Part shown: positions 44,191 to 55,313 of the stretch, piece by piece
Numbering within the stretch: position 1 is the stretch's first letter
How the letters are laid out: each line of letters opens with the position of its first letter
Assembly (NCBI GenBank): GCA_963794945.1
Contig: CAWCFT010000011.1
Location: 1-64,000, forward strand
Reading direction: 5' to 3'
Source: Endomicrobiales bacterium
Lineage (GTDB): Bacteria > Elusimicrobiota > Endomicrobiia > Endomicrobiales > CAWCFT01
DNA length: 64,000 bases
Translations under genes and position numbers: made by a program
The notes under the pieces: model-generated
What the model was told of the DNA's origin: nothing
What the model saw: only the letters and a program-made list of their open reading frames with translations
Databases searched by the model: none

Positions 44191-47100
44191 TCACTGATTA
44201 GCCACGGCTGCCATAGCGTCGTAAAAGGGTCTCATGTCCCGGCTTTTCAACGCTTCTGAAACGGCGTCCATGACCTTCCTGGAGTATTTCCTGTCAAAGG
44301 CTATGCCTTTATTCTTCAAGTCGTTAAAAATATTTTCTGAAAACCAGAAAGTGTATTTGTCAAGTTCATCAAGCCATTTTTCTGTCCGCGAATGCAATGG
44401 AGCGTTTTTATCGATGCTTTCGAACAATCCCGCCATGTCCGAAATCAAACTGTCATTTTCCTTAACCTTTTTGGGCCCGTTATCATTACCGTTTGCGACT
44501 GAAGCAGTATTCCCGCCTTCCGTCCCTCCGGATGCGTATTCCGCCGCCGCATTCGCAGCCGCTCCGTGCAGTCCGTCTCCCGTCACCCCGGTTATTTCTC
44601 CGGTAATTGAATTTATTTCCCACCAGCCTATCGTTGGAACGGAATTAAAGGCGACCATGCTTTTTGGCAGTAATATTTGAATATTCTTGTCGGATAACAG
44701 CCTGTCGTTTATCAGTTTTTTTGCCGCGCCGCTAATCCCCAGGTCTCCGAGCATGGACAGATTGTTCCCGGACAGCACCAGCACCCTGTCGTTATTGCCC
44801 CCGGCTGTATTGCCGTTCGCGCCCGCGTTTTCATTTTCAAGCTCGAATACCATCTGGCTTTTCCCGTTGCTTATTTTCAGCTCTTTTTCCAGCACTTTAT
44901 AACCGTTCGCCTTGATCTTTATTTTTCCGTCCGCGAGCCCGGAAAAACTGGTAAACGCTTCCTGCAGCTGGTTTATGTCTTCCACCCGCATGTATTTCCC
45001 GCCGCTGGCCTCCGCGACCGCTTTAAGCTCATTTTCAGCCTTGCTCCCTGGCTCAACGCCGAACCCTATGGTGTAAAAAGGTATGTTGGAGCCGGTTTTT
45101 TTGTATTCGCTTGCCATTGTTTTACCCGCGTCGCTGCTGTCCCCGTCGGTCAACACGATAACCCTCTGGTTCCTGCCTGTCGCGTAGTTCTTCAGCATAT
45201 CGATAATTTTATGAACGGAACTCCCGAGAGGCGTGCCTGGAAAGTCGCTGTTCTTCGATAGCATGTTCAGGAGAATATTTTTATTGAAACTGAACGGCCT
45301 TTCCTGCGTGTAATCTATGCTCATAAAATCATGCAGTATCATCTCGGCGTTCACGGGAAGTTTTTTTATCAAATCCGAAGCCGTGTTTTCGACCATCTTA
45401 TTTTTGGGCATGCCGTCCTTGCTTCCCTTTATGGCATCGTTCATGCTGCTGGAATTATCTATCAGCATAAAAATGGAATTCTCGGTTAGCGGGTGCGTTT
45501 TATAAAGGTTTATAGTAAAACTGCCGCCGGCCGCGGCCGGTTTGTCATAGTCCGCGCCTTCTATCTTGATCTCGGCGCTGTTTATTTTCTCCCTTGTCCT
45601 CTTGTCGATAACGTCGCCGCTGATCTTGCTGAGCACATTATAATTATTTACCGCTTTCAACTGGTTGCTGTATTTGTTCGACACTACTTTCAGGATAACG
45701 GCGTATTTGTCGTTGCCGGTCACCCACAGTTCGCCGCCTTTTTTATCGGTATAAACTTCGACCCTGATAGTTTCCAGGTTCCCGTCGATCACAATCTGAC
45801 AATCTTCTTTTTTGTCGTTCCGCTTCATGCCGAGCGCTTCAAAACACTTTTTCGCGGACCCGCTCTCGTTATTTACGGCACAGATAAATTTATCCTGAGG
45901 CTTGAACTTGCCGTTTACCGTCATTTCGTCCATTTTGTTAACGGCCCTGGCCGGGAATTCTCCGTTAAAACTGCTCATAATATTCCCGGGGGTTATGACC
46001 CACTCGAAAAAAGGGCTGAACCTGGTTTTTCTTAAGTACAGGTCCATCCTGTAATTCTTGTCTTCAATATACAGGTCATAGACCAGCTGGCAGGGGACCG
46101 AGATGGCCAGTTTATTTATATTTATGTCGGCCTCGTTCGCCGCCGCCGGCTCGTTGTGTGTTTCTTTTGGGGCCGCGGGCTTCGTCTTGAAATACTTATC
46201 GAATATATTGGTCGCGGTGACGCACTCCTTTCGGGAAACTATGTTCATGCAGAACCCAGCGATGGCGTTATCCGATATACCGCGCATCATGTTTATCTTT
46301 TTTGGCTCATCGGCTTCGACGCGCATATCGTTTTTCAAGATATCCAGGCTGCAGGCAATTGACCGCCTGCCTTTCGTTTCATCCACTTCAGTCGCGGAGA
46401 TTATTATCCTGGGAGAAACAAAAAAGGCGTTCCCTCCGGTATATTTAAGGATGTTCTTGACCGCCACGTCCGTAATTACCGCGTAACCGAGGCCCGTGAA
46501 ATAGCCTCTAAGCGCGGCCTTTTGAACCTCCGGCATTTTTTTCCTGAATGCCCCGGCCAGTCCTGCCTCTCTGTTGAACACAGGCCCGTCAACGCAGTTC
46601 GGCAATATGACGAACGAATATACGTCTTTAACGCTGCCTTTGCGGTGGCCTGCTTCCCTGTTAACGTCGAATAACGTTCTTTCGTACGTTCTTTTTTCAC
46701 TGCCGGGAGAATAAATGTTAAAAATGATAACGGCTTTTTTGATACGGCTTAAGTCTCCGCTGCCCTTCAGCACGGTATCGCCTATAAATAAACAAGGCTC
46801 CCCCTTTCCGCTGTCCTCTTTTGCCCACTTGAAAATATTCTTTTTATCAACAAAATACGCCGTATCATTCTTGTAAACAATATCGTCCTTGAACCGCTCC
46901 TCATCGCTGTAGCATCTTACAATTATTTCTACCTTATGCCTGTCCTGTTCGGGAATACCGCTGATCTCTTCGGCCTGCTGTTCTTCCCTGTCGGCCAGAG
47001 GGTAGAACGCGCGCCAGGCTTTGTCATTCATATATTGGATGAAATACCCCTCTTTGTCTTTCATCAGTCTTGTTTTTATCTTCGCGTATTTCAATAATTC

Positions 47101-47421
47101 CATCGTCAGGACGCATTTGTCGGCGTCGTTGCCCGCTTTTGACCAGAGCGTTCCCACCGCGCCCCTGAGATACCCCCGGTAATTCTCGTTCTTTACGTCT
47201 TCTTTGACATACTTTAATATCGCGGGCAGGCCATATTTAAGCTGTTTGGCTTTCTCATTTACGTACGAGAACGCCCCTTCGTTCGAGGCCGAGGTATTGT
47301 CGTTCTTGTATTTATAAAACTTGTAAGACCCATCTTTTTTTTGCAGTACCAGCGGCAGCGCAGCCAGGGCCATGAACACTATTACAAAAAATATTATCTT
47401 CGTGTTCTTCAATTCATACAC
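44191..47421 (-). CDS. Large secreted or anchored protein with transglutaminase-like and VWA domains
   Basis: N-terminal hydrophobic segment; YRGYLRGA.GTL....GN..D; MIDAS motifs DNSSSM, GTPL, LTDG. Confidence 0.75.
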   Translation of the reverse strand: MYELKNTKIIFFVIVFMALAALPLVLQKKDGSYKFYKYKNDNTSASNEGAFSYVNEKAKQLKYGLPAILKYVKEDVKNENYRGYLRGAVGTLWSKAGNDADKCVLTMELLKYAKIKTRLMKDKEGYFIQYMNDKAWRAFYPLADREEQQAEEISGIPEQDRHKVEIIVRCYSDEERFKDDIVYKNDTAYFVDKKNIFKWAKEDSGKGEPCLFIGDTVLKGSGDLSRIKKAVIIFNIYSPGSEKRTYERTLFDVNREAGHRKGSVKDVYSFVILPNCVDGPVFNREAGLAGAFRKKMPEVQKAALRGYFTGLGYAVITDVAVKNILKYTGGNAFFVSPRIIISATEVDETKGRRSIACSLDILKNDMRVEADEPKKINMMRGISDNAIAGFCMNIVSRKECVTATNIFDKYFKTKPAAPKETHNEPAAANEADININKLAISVPCQLVYDLYIEDKNYRMDLYLRKTRFSPFFEWVITPGNIMSSFNGEFPARAVNKMDEMTVNGKFKPQDKFICAVNNESGSAKKCFEALGMKRNDKKEDCQIVIDGNLETIRVEVYTDKKGGELWVTGNDKYAVILKVVSNKYSNQLKAVNNYNVLSKISGDVIDKRTREKINSAEIKIEGADYDKPAAAGGSFTINLYKTHPLTENSIFMLIDNSSSMNDAIKGSKDGMPKNKMVENTASDLIKKLPVNAEMILHDFMSIDYTQERPFSFNKNILLNMLSKNSDFPGTPLGSSVHKIIDMLKNYATGRNQRVIVLTDGDSSDAGKTMASEYKKTGSNIPFYTIGFGVEPGSKAENELKAVAEASGGKYMRVEDINQLQEAFTSFSGLADGKIKIKANGYKVLEKELKISNGKSQMVFELENENAGANGNTAGGNNDRVLVLSGNNLSMLGDLGISGAAKKLINDRLLSDKNIQILLPKSMVAFNSVPTIGWWEINSITGEITGVTGDGLHGAAANAAAEYASGGTEGGNTASVANGNDNGPKKVKENDSLISDMAGLFESIDKNAPLHSRTEKWLDELDKYTFWFSENIFNDLKNKGIAFDRKYSRKVMDAVSEALKSRDMRPFYDAMAAVANQ

Positions 47422-47765
47422 CCTTTTTTCTAATCATTAAGGACATTATCTTCTCCTTTCTTCGCTGATAGATTCGATGTCCTTATCCATTTTAGCCTCT
47501 GATCTGAGGAATATTTCTTGCGTAGGATCGATATGCAGCTACTTTGAGTGCATAGAATTGAAAAAACCACACCGCGCTCGACGCAATGTGGCTTTATATA
47601 CGGCTTGATCCCAGATTTGGGCCCGCCAAACAGCCGGCGGATCTGCGACACTCGGGGATGACACCTTGTGTCAGTTTTGACGGCATTTTTTCTCCCAGTT
47701 ACTATCAAACATAACGACTAGATTCTATCTCTTTTTGAGGGACTTTTCAACTTGTATGGGGCAAG

Positions 47766-48506
47766 CTATTTCAACGCCTTTGCCCAAGCTTTGAAGTCGT
47801 TAAATAGTTCTCTGGCTGTAGGGTCTATCTTTAAAGGCGTTATTGAAACATAACCCTTTTGGGCTTCATCTATGTTCGTTCCGGCCCCTTGCGCTTCCAA
47901 AACCGGTTTACCTGAAAGCCAGTAGTACTTGCGCCCTCTGGGGTCGGTGCGGCAGTCTATCTGTTCATCATATATGCGTTTGCCAAGGAAGGTTATCCTG
48001 AAGCCTTTTGGTTTTTTAGGGATGTTCACATTGAGGTATATCTTTTGCGGGAGAGGCCGTGCCAGTATGCTCTTGACCATTTTTGCCGATATTTTTGCCG
48101 CTATATTGAAGTTTCCGCTTATCGGTTCGGCCACCGAGACAGCTATGGACGGTATGCCCAGCATGCAGCCTTCGCGGGCACCCGCAACGGTGCCGGAATA
48201 GTTGACATCATTGCCGAAATTCGGTCCGGAATTTATGCCGGATATTACAGCGTCCGCACCTCCGGGCACGAGTTTTAGAGCACCGTACCGCGTACAGTCA
48301 GCGGGCGTGCCGTTTACGAGATAAGTGTCCGGAGCTACTTTTTGAATGCGTATGGGTTTGTGGAGGGTAAGCGAATGGCTGGTGCCAGACCTTTCCTGGT
48401 CAGGAATAACTACAATAACCTTCGCGAACTTTTTTAGCTCTCTAACTAAGGGGTTCAGCCCGGGCCCGTAGATCCCGTCATCGTTGGTAACAAGTATTGT
48501 TTTCAT
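47766..48506 (-). CDS. surE: 5'/3'-nucleotidase SurE
   Basis: ILVTNDDGI, GTPADC, SGIN.G.N, YSGTVAGA. Confidence 0.97.
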   Translation of the reverse strand: MKTILVTNDDGIYGPGLNPLVRELKKFAKVIVVIPDQERSGTSHSLTLHKPIRIQKVAPDTYLVNGTPADCTRYGALKLVPGGADAVISGINSGPNFGNDVNYSGTVAGAREGCMLGIPSIAVSVAEPISGNFNIAAKISAKMVKSILARPLPQKIYLNVNIPKKPKGFRITFLGKRIYDEQIDCRTDPRGRKYYWLSGKPVLEAQGAGTNIDEAQKGYVSITPLKIDPTARELFNDFKAWAKALK

Positions 48507-48553
48507 AGTCTATATTCTACCAAATTTTAGGCTGTTGAAAAACCATTTTTTAG

Positions 48554-48647
48554 GTCTCCTTGCGAGGAGTCCCGCCTTGCGGGACGACGCGGGAATCTTG
48601 TTGTTTCTTCAGAAAACGAGATTGCTTCACCCCGGGTTCGCAATGAC
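48554..48647. repeat. REP-like palindrome, same family as 17477
   Basis: gtctccttgcgag...aatct...gagattgcttc...tcgcaatgac. Confidence 0.75.
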
Positions 48648-48657
48648 GGTCATTTTA

Positions 48658-50250
48658 TCAGTTAGCCGCGGACTTGAATTCGGAAGTAAAATAGAACTTG
48701 ATATCCGGGTATTGAACCATGTAATGATGCAGCAGCCACTCGGATTCAGCGAAGAAAACGATGTTATTGTCCTTGTCTAACCCTATGTGGTCGGCTTTGT
48801 AGTTGCAGAAATCCGCGAACTGGGCTGGGTTCTCGGAAGTTATCCAGCAGGCTTTGTGAAAGTTGAGTGGCTCGAACCGGCAATCCGCGCCGTATTCGTG
48901 TTTCAATCGGTACTGTATAACCTCGAACTGGAGCTGGCCGACCGTCCCGATTATCCTGCGGTTGCCGTGCCTGAAAGAAAACAACTGTGCCACACCCTCG
49001 TCCGTAAGCTGTTTGACGCCTTTTTCCATTTGCTTGGCCTTCATCATCGAGGTGTTTATGAGCTCTTTGAATATCTCGGGAGAAAAGCTTGGTATACCGT
49101 GGAACACGAGGTTTTCACCTTCTGTCAGCGTGTCGCCAATCTTAAAATTGCCCCTGTCATAAAGGCCTATCACGTCGCCGGGGTAAGCCTCTTCTATGAC
49201 ATCTTTCTTTTGCCCGAGAAAACTTGTCGGGTTAGCGAAACGAAGGTCAATCCCCAGGCGCGCGTGGCGGTAGAACTTGTTCCTCTCGAACCTGCCGGAG
49301 CAGATCCTGAAGAACGCTATCCTGTCGCGGTGGCGCAGGTCAAGGTTGGCGTGTATCTTGAACACGAAACCGCTGAATTTTTCTTCTTCGGGGCTAACCG
49401 TGCGGGTTTCAGCTTTCATGGGGCCCGGTAAGGGAGCCAATTCTACGAACGTATTAAGCAGTTCCCTTACCCCAAAATTGTTCAAGGCGCTGCCGAAGAA
49501 CACCGGGGCTGTTTCGCCCGAAATATAACGCTCTTTTTCAAATGAGCCGTAAACGCCGGAAAGCAATGCGGAGTCTTCACGCAGCTGCGCGGCGGGGCGT
49601 TGGCCTATACTATCTTCAAGTTGTTTGCTTTGCAGGTCCAGTATGGACACCTTGTCATCCGAACTCGTTTGATTGGGGTTAAAAAGATGCAAACTCTTTT
49701 CGTGCAGGCTGTAAACGCCTTTAAAATCTGCGCCACGTCCTATAGGCCAGCTTAGGGGGCACACCTTAATAGAGAGCTTGCTCTCAAGCTCGTCAAGCAG
49801 ATCGAACGCATCACGGCCTTCGCGGTCAAGTTTATTGACGAAAATGATAACCGGAGTGTTCCTCATCCGGCAGACTTTCATGAGGTTCTCGGTCTGCTCC
49901 TCAACGCCTTTTACACTGTCAACCACCAGTATCACGCTGTCTACAGCCGTTAGCGTCCTATATGTGTCTTCCGCGAAATCCTTGTGGCCCGGCGTGTCCA
50001 GCAAATTTATTTTCAGGTCGCGGTACTCAAAACTCATCACTGCTGAAGCCACTGAGATACCGCGCTGCCGCTCGATCTCCATAAAGTCAGAAACAGTACT
50101 TTTTACGATCTTGTGAGATTTTACGGCTCCCGCGCTCTGGATGGCTCCCGCAAACAACAAGAATTTCTCCGTTAGCGTTGTTTTACCCGCGTCAGGATGG
50201 CTTATTATCGCGAATGTCCTTCTCTTATTTATCTCATCTATATAACTCAT
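48658..50250 (-). CDS. prfC: Peptide chain release factor 3
   Basis: [40 protein letters not shown]. Confidence 0.98.
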   Translation of the reverse strand: MSYIDEINKRRTFAIISHPDAGKTTLTEKFLLFAGAIQSAGAVKSHKIVKSTVSDFMEIERQRGISVASAVMSFEYRDLKINLLDTPGHKDFAEDTYRTLTAVDSVILVVDSVKGVEEQTENLMKVCRMRNTPVIIFVNKLDREGRDAFDLLDELESKLSIKVCPLSWPIGRGADFKGVYSLHEKSLHLFNPNQTSSDDKVSILDLQSKQLEDSIGQRPAAQLREDSALLSGVYGSFEKERYISGETAPVFFGSALNNFGVRELLNTFVELAPLPGPMKAETRTVSPEEEKFSGFVFKIHANLDLRHRDRIAFFRICSGRFERNKFYRHARLGIDLRFANPTSFLGQKKDVIEEAYPGDVIGLYDRGNFKIGDTLTEGENLVFHGIPSFSPEIFKELINTSMMKAKQMEKGVKQLTDEGVAQLFSFRHGNRRIIGTVGQLQFEVIQYRLKHEYGADCRFEPLNFHKACWITSENPAQFADFCNYKADHIGLDKDNNIVFFAESEWLLHHYMVQYPDIKFYFTSEFKSAAN

Positions 50251-50391
50251 TTGTCCCCTTATAAAAAATCACACGCCGTTTCGGCGTGTGCCGTTGACCT
50301 GAACTTTTGTAATATGCTTCTAACCTAAATTGATACTATATTATATCAAATTCTTAAAAGCCTGTCATTCACATGCGACGCGCCATGCTAC

Positions 50392-50644
50392 AAAAAATAC
50401 AACCGTACCACCTCCCCCGGATGAGTACGGCTGTTTTTCCACTCACAAGTCTTTCTTATACCGCTCCGGCTGACAAAAAGCGATGTTTACTGGATTATTC
50501 TCCAAAATGAAAAAATCCACACTGCATTACAGCGTGGTTTCATACTATGGATGTTATGAGTTATTATTGTACAACGAACAAACTCAGCCGACTTCCCCTC
50601 GGTTCCCGACATTTTCCCCGCTCCCCCATCAGAAATGAACTACA
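50392..50644 (-). ncRNA. Candidate small RNA
   Basis: TTGACA-17-TATAAA (50651-50679), no credible ORF, two terminator-like hairpins with T runs (50510-50537 and 50392-50434). Confidence 0.4.
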
Positions 50645-50718
50645 TGTATATTTATATATTTTTTAACTTGATCTGTCAACCCTTATAGGGTAGAGCCGCA
50701 TAGGATTAGGTTTATTAA

Positions 50719-51606
50719 TTATCTTACTTCGGCAGCCACTTTTTTCCAGGTATTCGCATAGTCACTGGCGAATTGCTCAAATGATATAGGCAGTCTTCCG
50801 ACTACCCTGTAGAAATCGTCCGTTACAACTGTTCTGCTGCCTTCCCTCGCGTGGTGCTCAAGACTGAGATAAACCTCTATATCCCACTCCGACATTCCGG
50901 CAGAACGCAGTCCTTCCGTGTATTGGCTTTCTACCTGAGGAATGTATTTGATATCCCTGCCCGCTGCCCTGGACAGTATCCTGGCTATCTCCCGGTCCGT
51001 TACTGCTGTTGGGCCGGTTATTGTATAATCCCTGTAATCATTGGCAGCCGTATTAGTAAGGATTTCAGCGTCTGCCGCAGCTATGTCGCGCACATCAACA
51101 TAGCTTATGGGCACGTTCCCGTGAGAGAAAAAGAAGGCGTTTTCTTTATTGATCACGTCAGCATGGTAAACTACGAAGTTTTGCATGAACGAGTTAGGGT
51201 GGACTATACAGAACGAGATACCGCTTTCGCGCACCATCTTGTCAATATGCCCGTGTATCATGAACAGGAAATGCCGCGATTCAGGGCTGGAATCTATGAC
51301 GGAAGATCTCAAAATGAACTTTATCCCGCTTTTCTGTGCCGCTTCAATTATGTTCCTGGCCCATCTGCCCATGGGTTCAACCATCGGCAGAAGCAGGAAC
51401 AATGTATCTATGCCTTTCATGGCCTTTTCAAGCGACTGCTGATCGTTGAAATCTAAAGTGACAGTGTTAATGTTAAGTTTCTTCATTTTCTCTGTTTCCG
51501 GATCAGGCACGCCGGCTATGAAGTCAGCTTTCATCTTTTGAAGATCTTGTACAAGGAAAGTCCCTATATTTCCCGACGCACCTAAAACAAGTATTTTATT
51601 GCTCAT
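50719..51606 (-). CDS. NmrA-like/atypical SDR NAD(P)-binding protein
   Basis: ILVLGASGNIG, PNSFMQN, VDVRDIA, ITGP. Confidence 0.9.
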   Translation of the reverse strand: MSNKILVLGASGNIGTFLVQDLQKMKADFIAGVPDPETEKMKKLNINTVTLDFNDQQSLEKAMKGIDTLFLLLPMVEPMGRWARNIIEAAQKSGIKFILRSSVIDSSPESRHFLFMIHGHIDKMVRESGISFCIVHPNSFMQNFVVYHADVINKENAFFFSHGNVPISYVDVRDIAAADAEILTNTAANDYRDYTITGPTAVTDREIARILSRAAGRDIKYIPQVESQYTEGLRSAGMSEWDIEVYLSLEHHAREGSRTVVTDDFYRVVGRLPISFEQFASDYANTWKKVAAEVR

Positions 51607-51789
51607 AAAGCCCTCCCCCTGGCAACACTATTTACATTTTTTTAAAAAGTCCGGCGCACTGTATTGTTTGTTCATGTTCACATTATTACAAATATTGATT
51701 CGAGCTTGTATACTTTTTCTCTCAAGGATACTGACGTTTTTCACACGCTTAAATATAGTAACGTTTGTTGATACGAAGGTCACGGCAGG

Positions 51790-52870
51790 TTAGCGGAGGG
51801 ATTTGACAACTTCTGCTGCGAGCAGTTCCTGGGGGAATGAGGCGGGTATCTTAAAATCATCTAATTTCTTTGCCGAAGCAAAAGATTCTGATATGATTCC
51901 TGCGAGCATCCGCGCGTTCAGGTCTTTTTCAATTACTATTTTAGCCAAACCTTCCTTCTCTAGCGCCTTGGCGTTGAACTCCTGGTGATTGGCGGTGGCA
52001 AAAGGGAAAGGTATTAAAATTGACCTCTTATTAAGGATTTTTAGTTCGGCTACAGTGGTGGCGCCCGCGCGGCATATAATAAGGTCGGCAACTGCGTACG
52101 CATCTCCCATGGAATGCGTGTAAGCTATTACGCTGCCGGGAATACCATTTGAGATGTACTCTTTTTCAATTTGTTCGTGGTCATTCCTGCCGGAAATGTT
52201 CAAAAATTGTATTTTTTCTTTTATGCCGGCGAGATACTGAAAAGAATCGATCGCGGCCCGGTTAATCTTTGACGCGCCCTGGCTCCCCCCAAAAACAAGT
52301 ACCGTGAATTTCCCTTCGGAAAGGCCGAAGCTCTCGTATGTAGACTTTGACGGTTTTTTGAACAGATCTTTCCTGACCGGATTGCCTGTGACCACAGTTT
52401 TTCCAGCTGGGAAATACTTTTTAGAGCTAGCGAAGCTTACGGCGACAATGCCCGCAAAGGCTGAGAGCAGCCTGTTCGTAAGCCCGGGAAGCGCGTTTTG
52501 TTCGTGTATAACTGTAGGAATACCAAGTATTTTAGCGCAGATAACAGCTGGAAAAGACACGTCAGCCGCCCATTCCTACAACAACGCGCGGCTTTACATT
52601 TCTTACAAGAGCCAGAGTGGTGCCGAAACCGCTCATTAATACGAAAGGTAATTTAAGAAGGCCCATGCTCAAAGTCCTTGGCAAGCCCATAGCAGGTACC
52701 TCATAATACCCAAAACCTTCTTTTTCAAGTATACCCTTGCAAAGATCGTTCTTGCGCACAAGAAAAACAGGATAGAACCCTTTTAGCTTGAGCTCCGTTG
52801 CGAGCGCGATACCGGGATAGATGTGCCCTCCCGTACCTCCTGCCGCGATAATAATTGTATTTTCAGGCAT
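51790..52870 (-). CDS. murG: MurG transferase (frameshifted near 52560)
   Basis: GGTGGHIYP, HEQN, TGNPVR, FGGSQGA, RAGATT. Confidence 0.96.
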
Positions 52871-53966
52871 TTATTGTTTTCCTCTTTGATATATTTAAAA
52901 GTATCCCCGCGCCAGCCATATTAAATACGAGCGCAGTGCCTCCAAACGATATAAAAGGAAGAGGCAGGCCCTTTGTAGGCACCAAACCGCAGGCCACCGA
53001 CATGTTCACCAGCGCCTGGAAGGCTACCAGCAGAGTTATGCCAAGGGCAAGAAGGCTTCCGAAATAGTCCGTGCTTTGACGGCTGATCTTCCAGCCGCGC
53101 CATGAGTAGATAAGAAAAAGGCATATAACGAATATTGTTCCTATATATCCCAGCTCTTCCCCGATGATAGGGAAAATAAAGTCCGTGTGGGGTTCGGGCA
53201 GGAAAAGCAGCTTCATCTGGCTCTGCGCCAGGCCTTTTCCCATGAACCCACCCGCGCCAAGGGCCAGCATAGACTGGTTGAGCTGATAGGAAATAGAATT
53301 AATGTCTCCCCATGACGCTATGAAATCCTTTACCCTGTGAAGCCTGTAAGGTTTGCGGAATACCTCTTCTACAACAAGCCCGAGAAAACCGGCAACAATC
53401 ATAAACAGGTTTTTAAGGTTAGCCCCGGAAATGAATATGAGGCTCAGGCCTACAGAAGAAATGATTATCGGAGTTCCGAGGTCCGGCTCAAGCGCTATAA
53501 GCCCGCAAATGAAACCTATCACGAAAAGGGGCGGCACGAGCCCGCCCCAGCTTTTTAACCTGCTTTTTTTCCTGTCGAGATAGTCCGCGAGGACCACTAT
53601 CACTGCGAGCTTAGCGAATTCTGAAGGCTGAAAGTTAGCCGGCCCAAAAGTTATCCAGCGTTTGGCTCCGCCCTTAGCGTGCCCGATGACAACAACCAGC
53701 ACCAGGAAAAATATACTTGCCATCAAAATAGGTTTGGCCAGCTTCTGCAGTTTCCTGTAGTTATAGTTCGACATGAAATACATAGCAGCCGCGCCTACTG
53801 CCACCCATACGATGTGTTTAGTGACAAAAAGGTAAGGCGTTTTCCAGCGGGCGTCAGCCATGATCACGCTTGACGAGAACACCATGATAGTGCCGAAAAC
53901 CACCAGCACGGCCGTCGTGAGCAAAAGAGGGTAATCTATATAGCCCTGGACTTCCTTTTTTTTCAC
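52863..53966 (-). CDS. ftsW: SEDS protein FtsW
   Basis: GAKRW, FQPSEFAK, LPEPHTDFIF, PTKGLPLPFISFGG. Confidence 0.96.
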   Translation of the reverse strand: MKKKEVQGYIDYPLLLTTAVLVVFGTIMVFSSSVIMADARWKTPYLFVTKHIVWVAVGAAAMYFMSNYNYRKLQKLAKPILMASIFFLVLVVVIGHAKGGAKRWITFGPANFQPSEFAKLAVIVVLADYLDRKKSRLKSWGGLVPPLFVIGFICGLIALEPDLGTPIIISSVGLSLIFISGANLKNLFMIVAGFLGLVVEEVFRKPYRLHRVKDFIASWGDINSISYQLNQSMLALGAGGFMGKGLAQSQMKLLFLPEPHTDFIFPIIGEELGYIGTIFVICLFLIYSWRGWKISRQSTDYFGSLLALGITLLVAFQALVNMSVACGLVPTKGLPLPFISFGGTALVFNMAGAGILLNISKRKTINA

Positions 53967-55313
53967 TTAAGTTCCCTGACAAATGCCTTGAATTTTCTTC
54001 CTCTGTCTTCGTAGTCCTTGAACTGATCGAACGATGCACAGGCGGGCGAGAACAGCACAACGTCTTCAGGTTTGGCGAGCTCAGCCGACCTCTTGACCGC
54101 GTTTGAAAGTGTAAGACAATCATAGAAAGGTACCGTTCCAGCCAACCCCTTTTTGATCTTTTGAGCGGCTTCGCCGATGAGCAGTATACCTTTTACTTTG
54201 TTATTTATGAGTTTTTTAAGCGGCGTATATGGGGCTCCCTTATCCAGTCCTCCAAGTATTAGCCAGATATTCTTGTCGAACGATTCCAAGGCAACCCTGG
54301 TAGAATCAACGTTGGTGGCTTTTGAATCGTTAAAATATTTCACCCCTCCGTGTGTTCCGCAATACTCTATGCGGTGCTCAACCCCGCGAAATCCGTTGAG
54401 TACTTTAGCTATCACTTTTGGTTTCACACCCGCCGCGGCGCTTATAGCCGCTGCCGCAAGAGCGTTCTCTATGTTATGAAGCCCGGGGATCTTGAGCGCG
54501 ATATCAATCTTGAACTTATTTTTGCCAAAAGAAGATATTATCTTCCCTGAAGAATAATATATTCCGCACTTCAGTTTCTTTTTCCTGCTGAAATAAAATA
54601 CTTTTGAGGGGCAGTCTACCGCGAGTTTCCGCAGTATGGCGTCATCATAATTTAGCACGCAGAACATCTTCGGGCCTTTGGTTCTGAAATATCATACTTT
54701 TTGCCACGATATAGTTTTTCATTGTGTGATGGTGTTCAAGGTGGTCGGGGGTTATGTTAAGGATGGCGGATATGTCCGGCCTGAAACTCGGAGAATCTTC
54801 TAGCTGATAGCTTGAAACTTCCAGAACAATGTTGGTCTTAGGGCCGATCGTGCCCGCCGCCGCCGCGAGCGGGGTGCCTATATTCCCTGCAACAACAGTT
54901 TTCATTTTCGCGGCTTTGAATATCTCTCCTACAAGTGTGGTTGTAGTGGTTTTTCCGTTTGTCCCGGTGATAGCTGTAAGTTTAGCACAGTCTATTAATT
55001 TGTACGCAAACTCGATTTCACCGATAACCGGGATATTCCTGGATTTAGCTTTCTTTATCACCGGAATATCGGAATGGACTCCGGGGCTTTTGATGAGTAC
55101 ATCGGCCCTCGAAAGCCTATCTGAATGTCCGCCGAACTCGACTGCTATGCCCTTGTCGAGCAATTTGAGGTTTTTGCCGGCATTCTTTCTTGGAAGAGTC
55201 TCGCTGACAAGCACGCGGGCTCCCAGCCTGTTTGCAAGGTTGGCGGCGGCAGCGCCCGAACGGGCGAGCCCGATCACGCCGACCTTTTTTCCTGACAATA
55301 TCTTTTTGTTCAT
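53963..55313 (-). CDS. murD: MurD ligase (frameshifted near 54660)
   Basis: [31 protein letters not shown]. Confidence 0.96.

Noticed and set aside
43898..44194. 98-aa ORF as an immunity gene for the VWA protein
   Set aside because: It is largely a translation of the palindromic repeat and overlaps the uvrB start.
47430..47708. 92-aa ORF upstream of the VWA gene
   Set aside because: It runs through a REP-like palindrome and has no RBS or recognisable motif.
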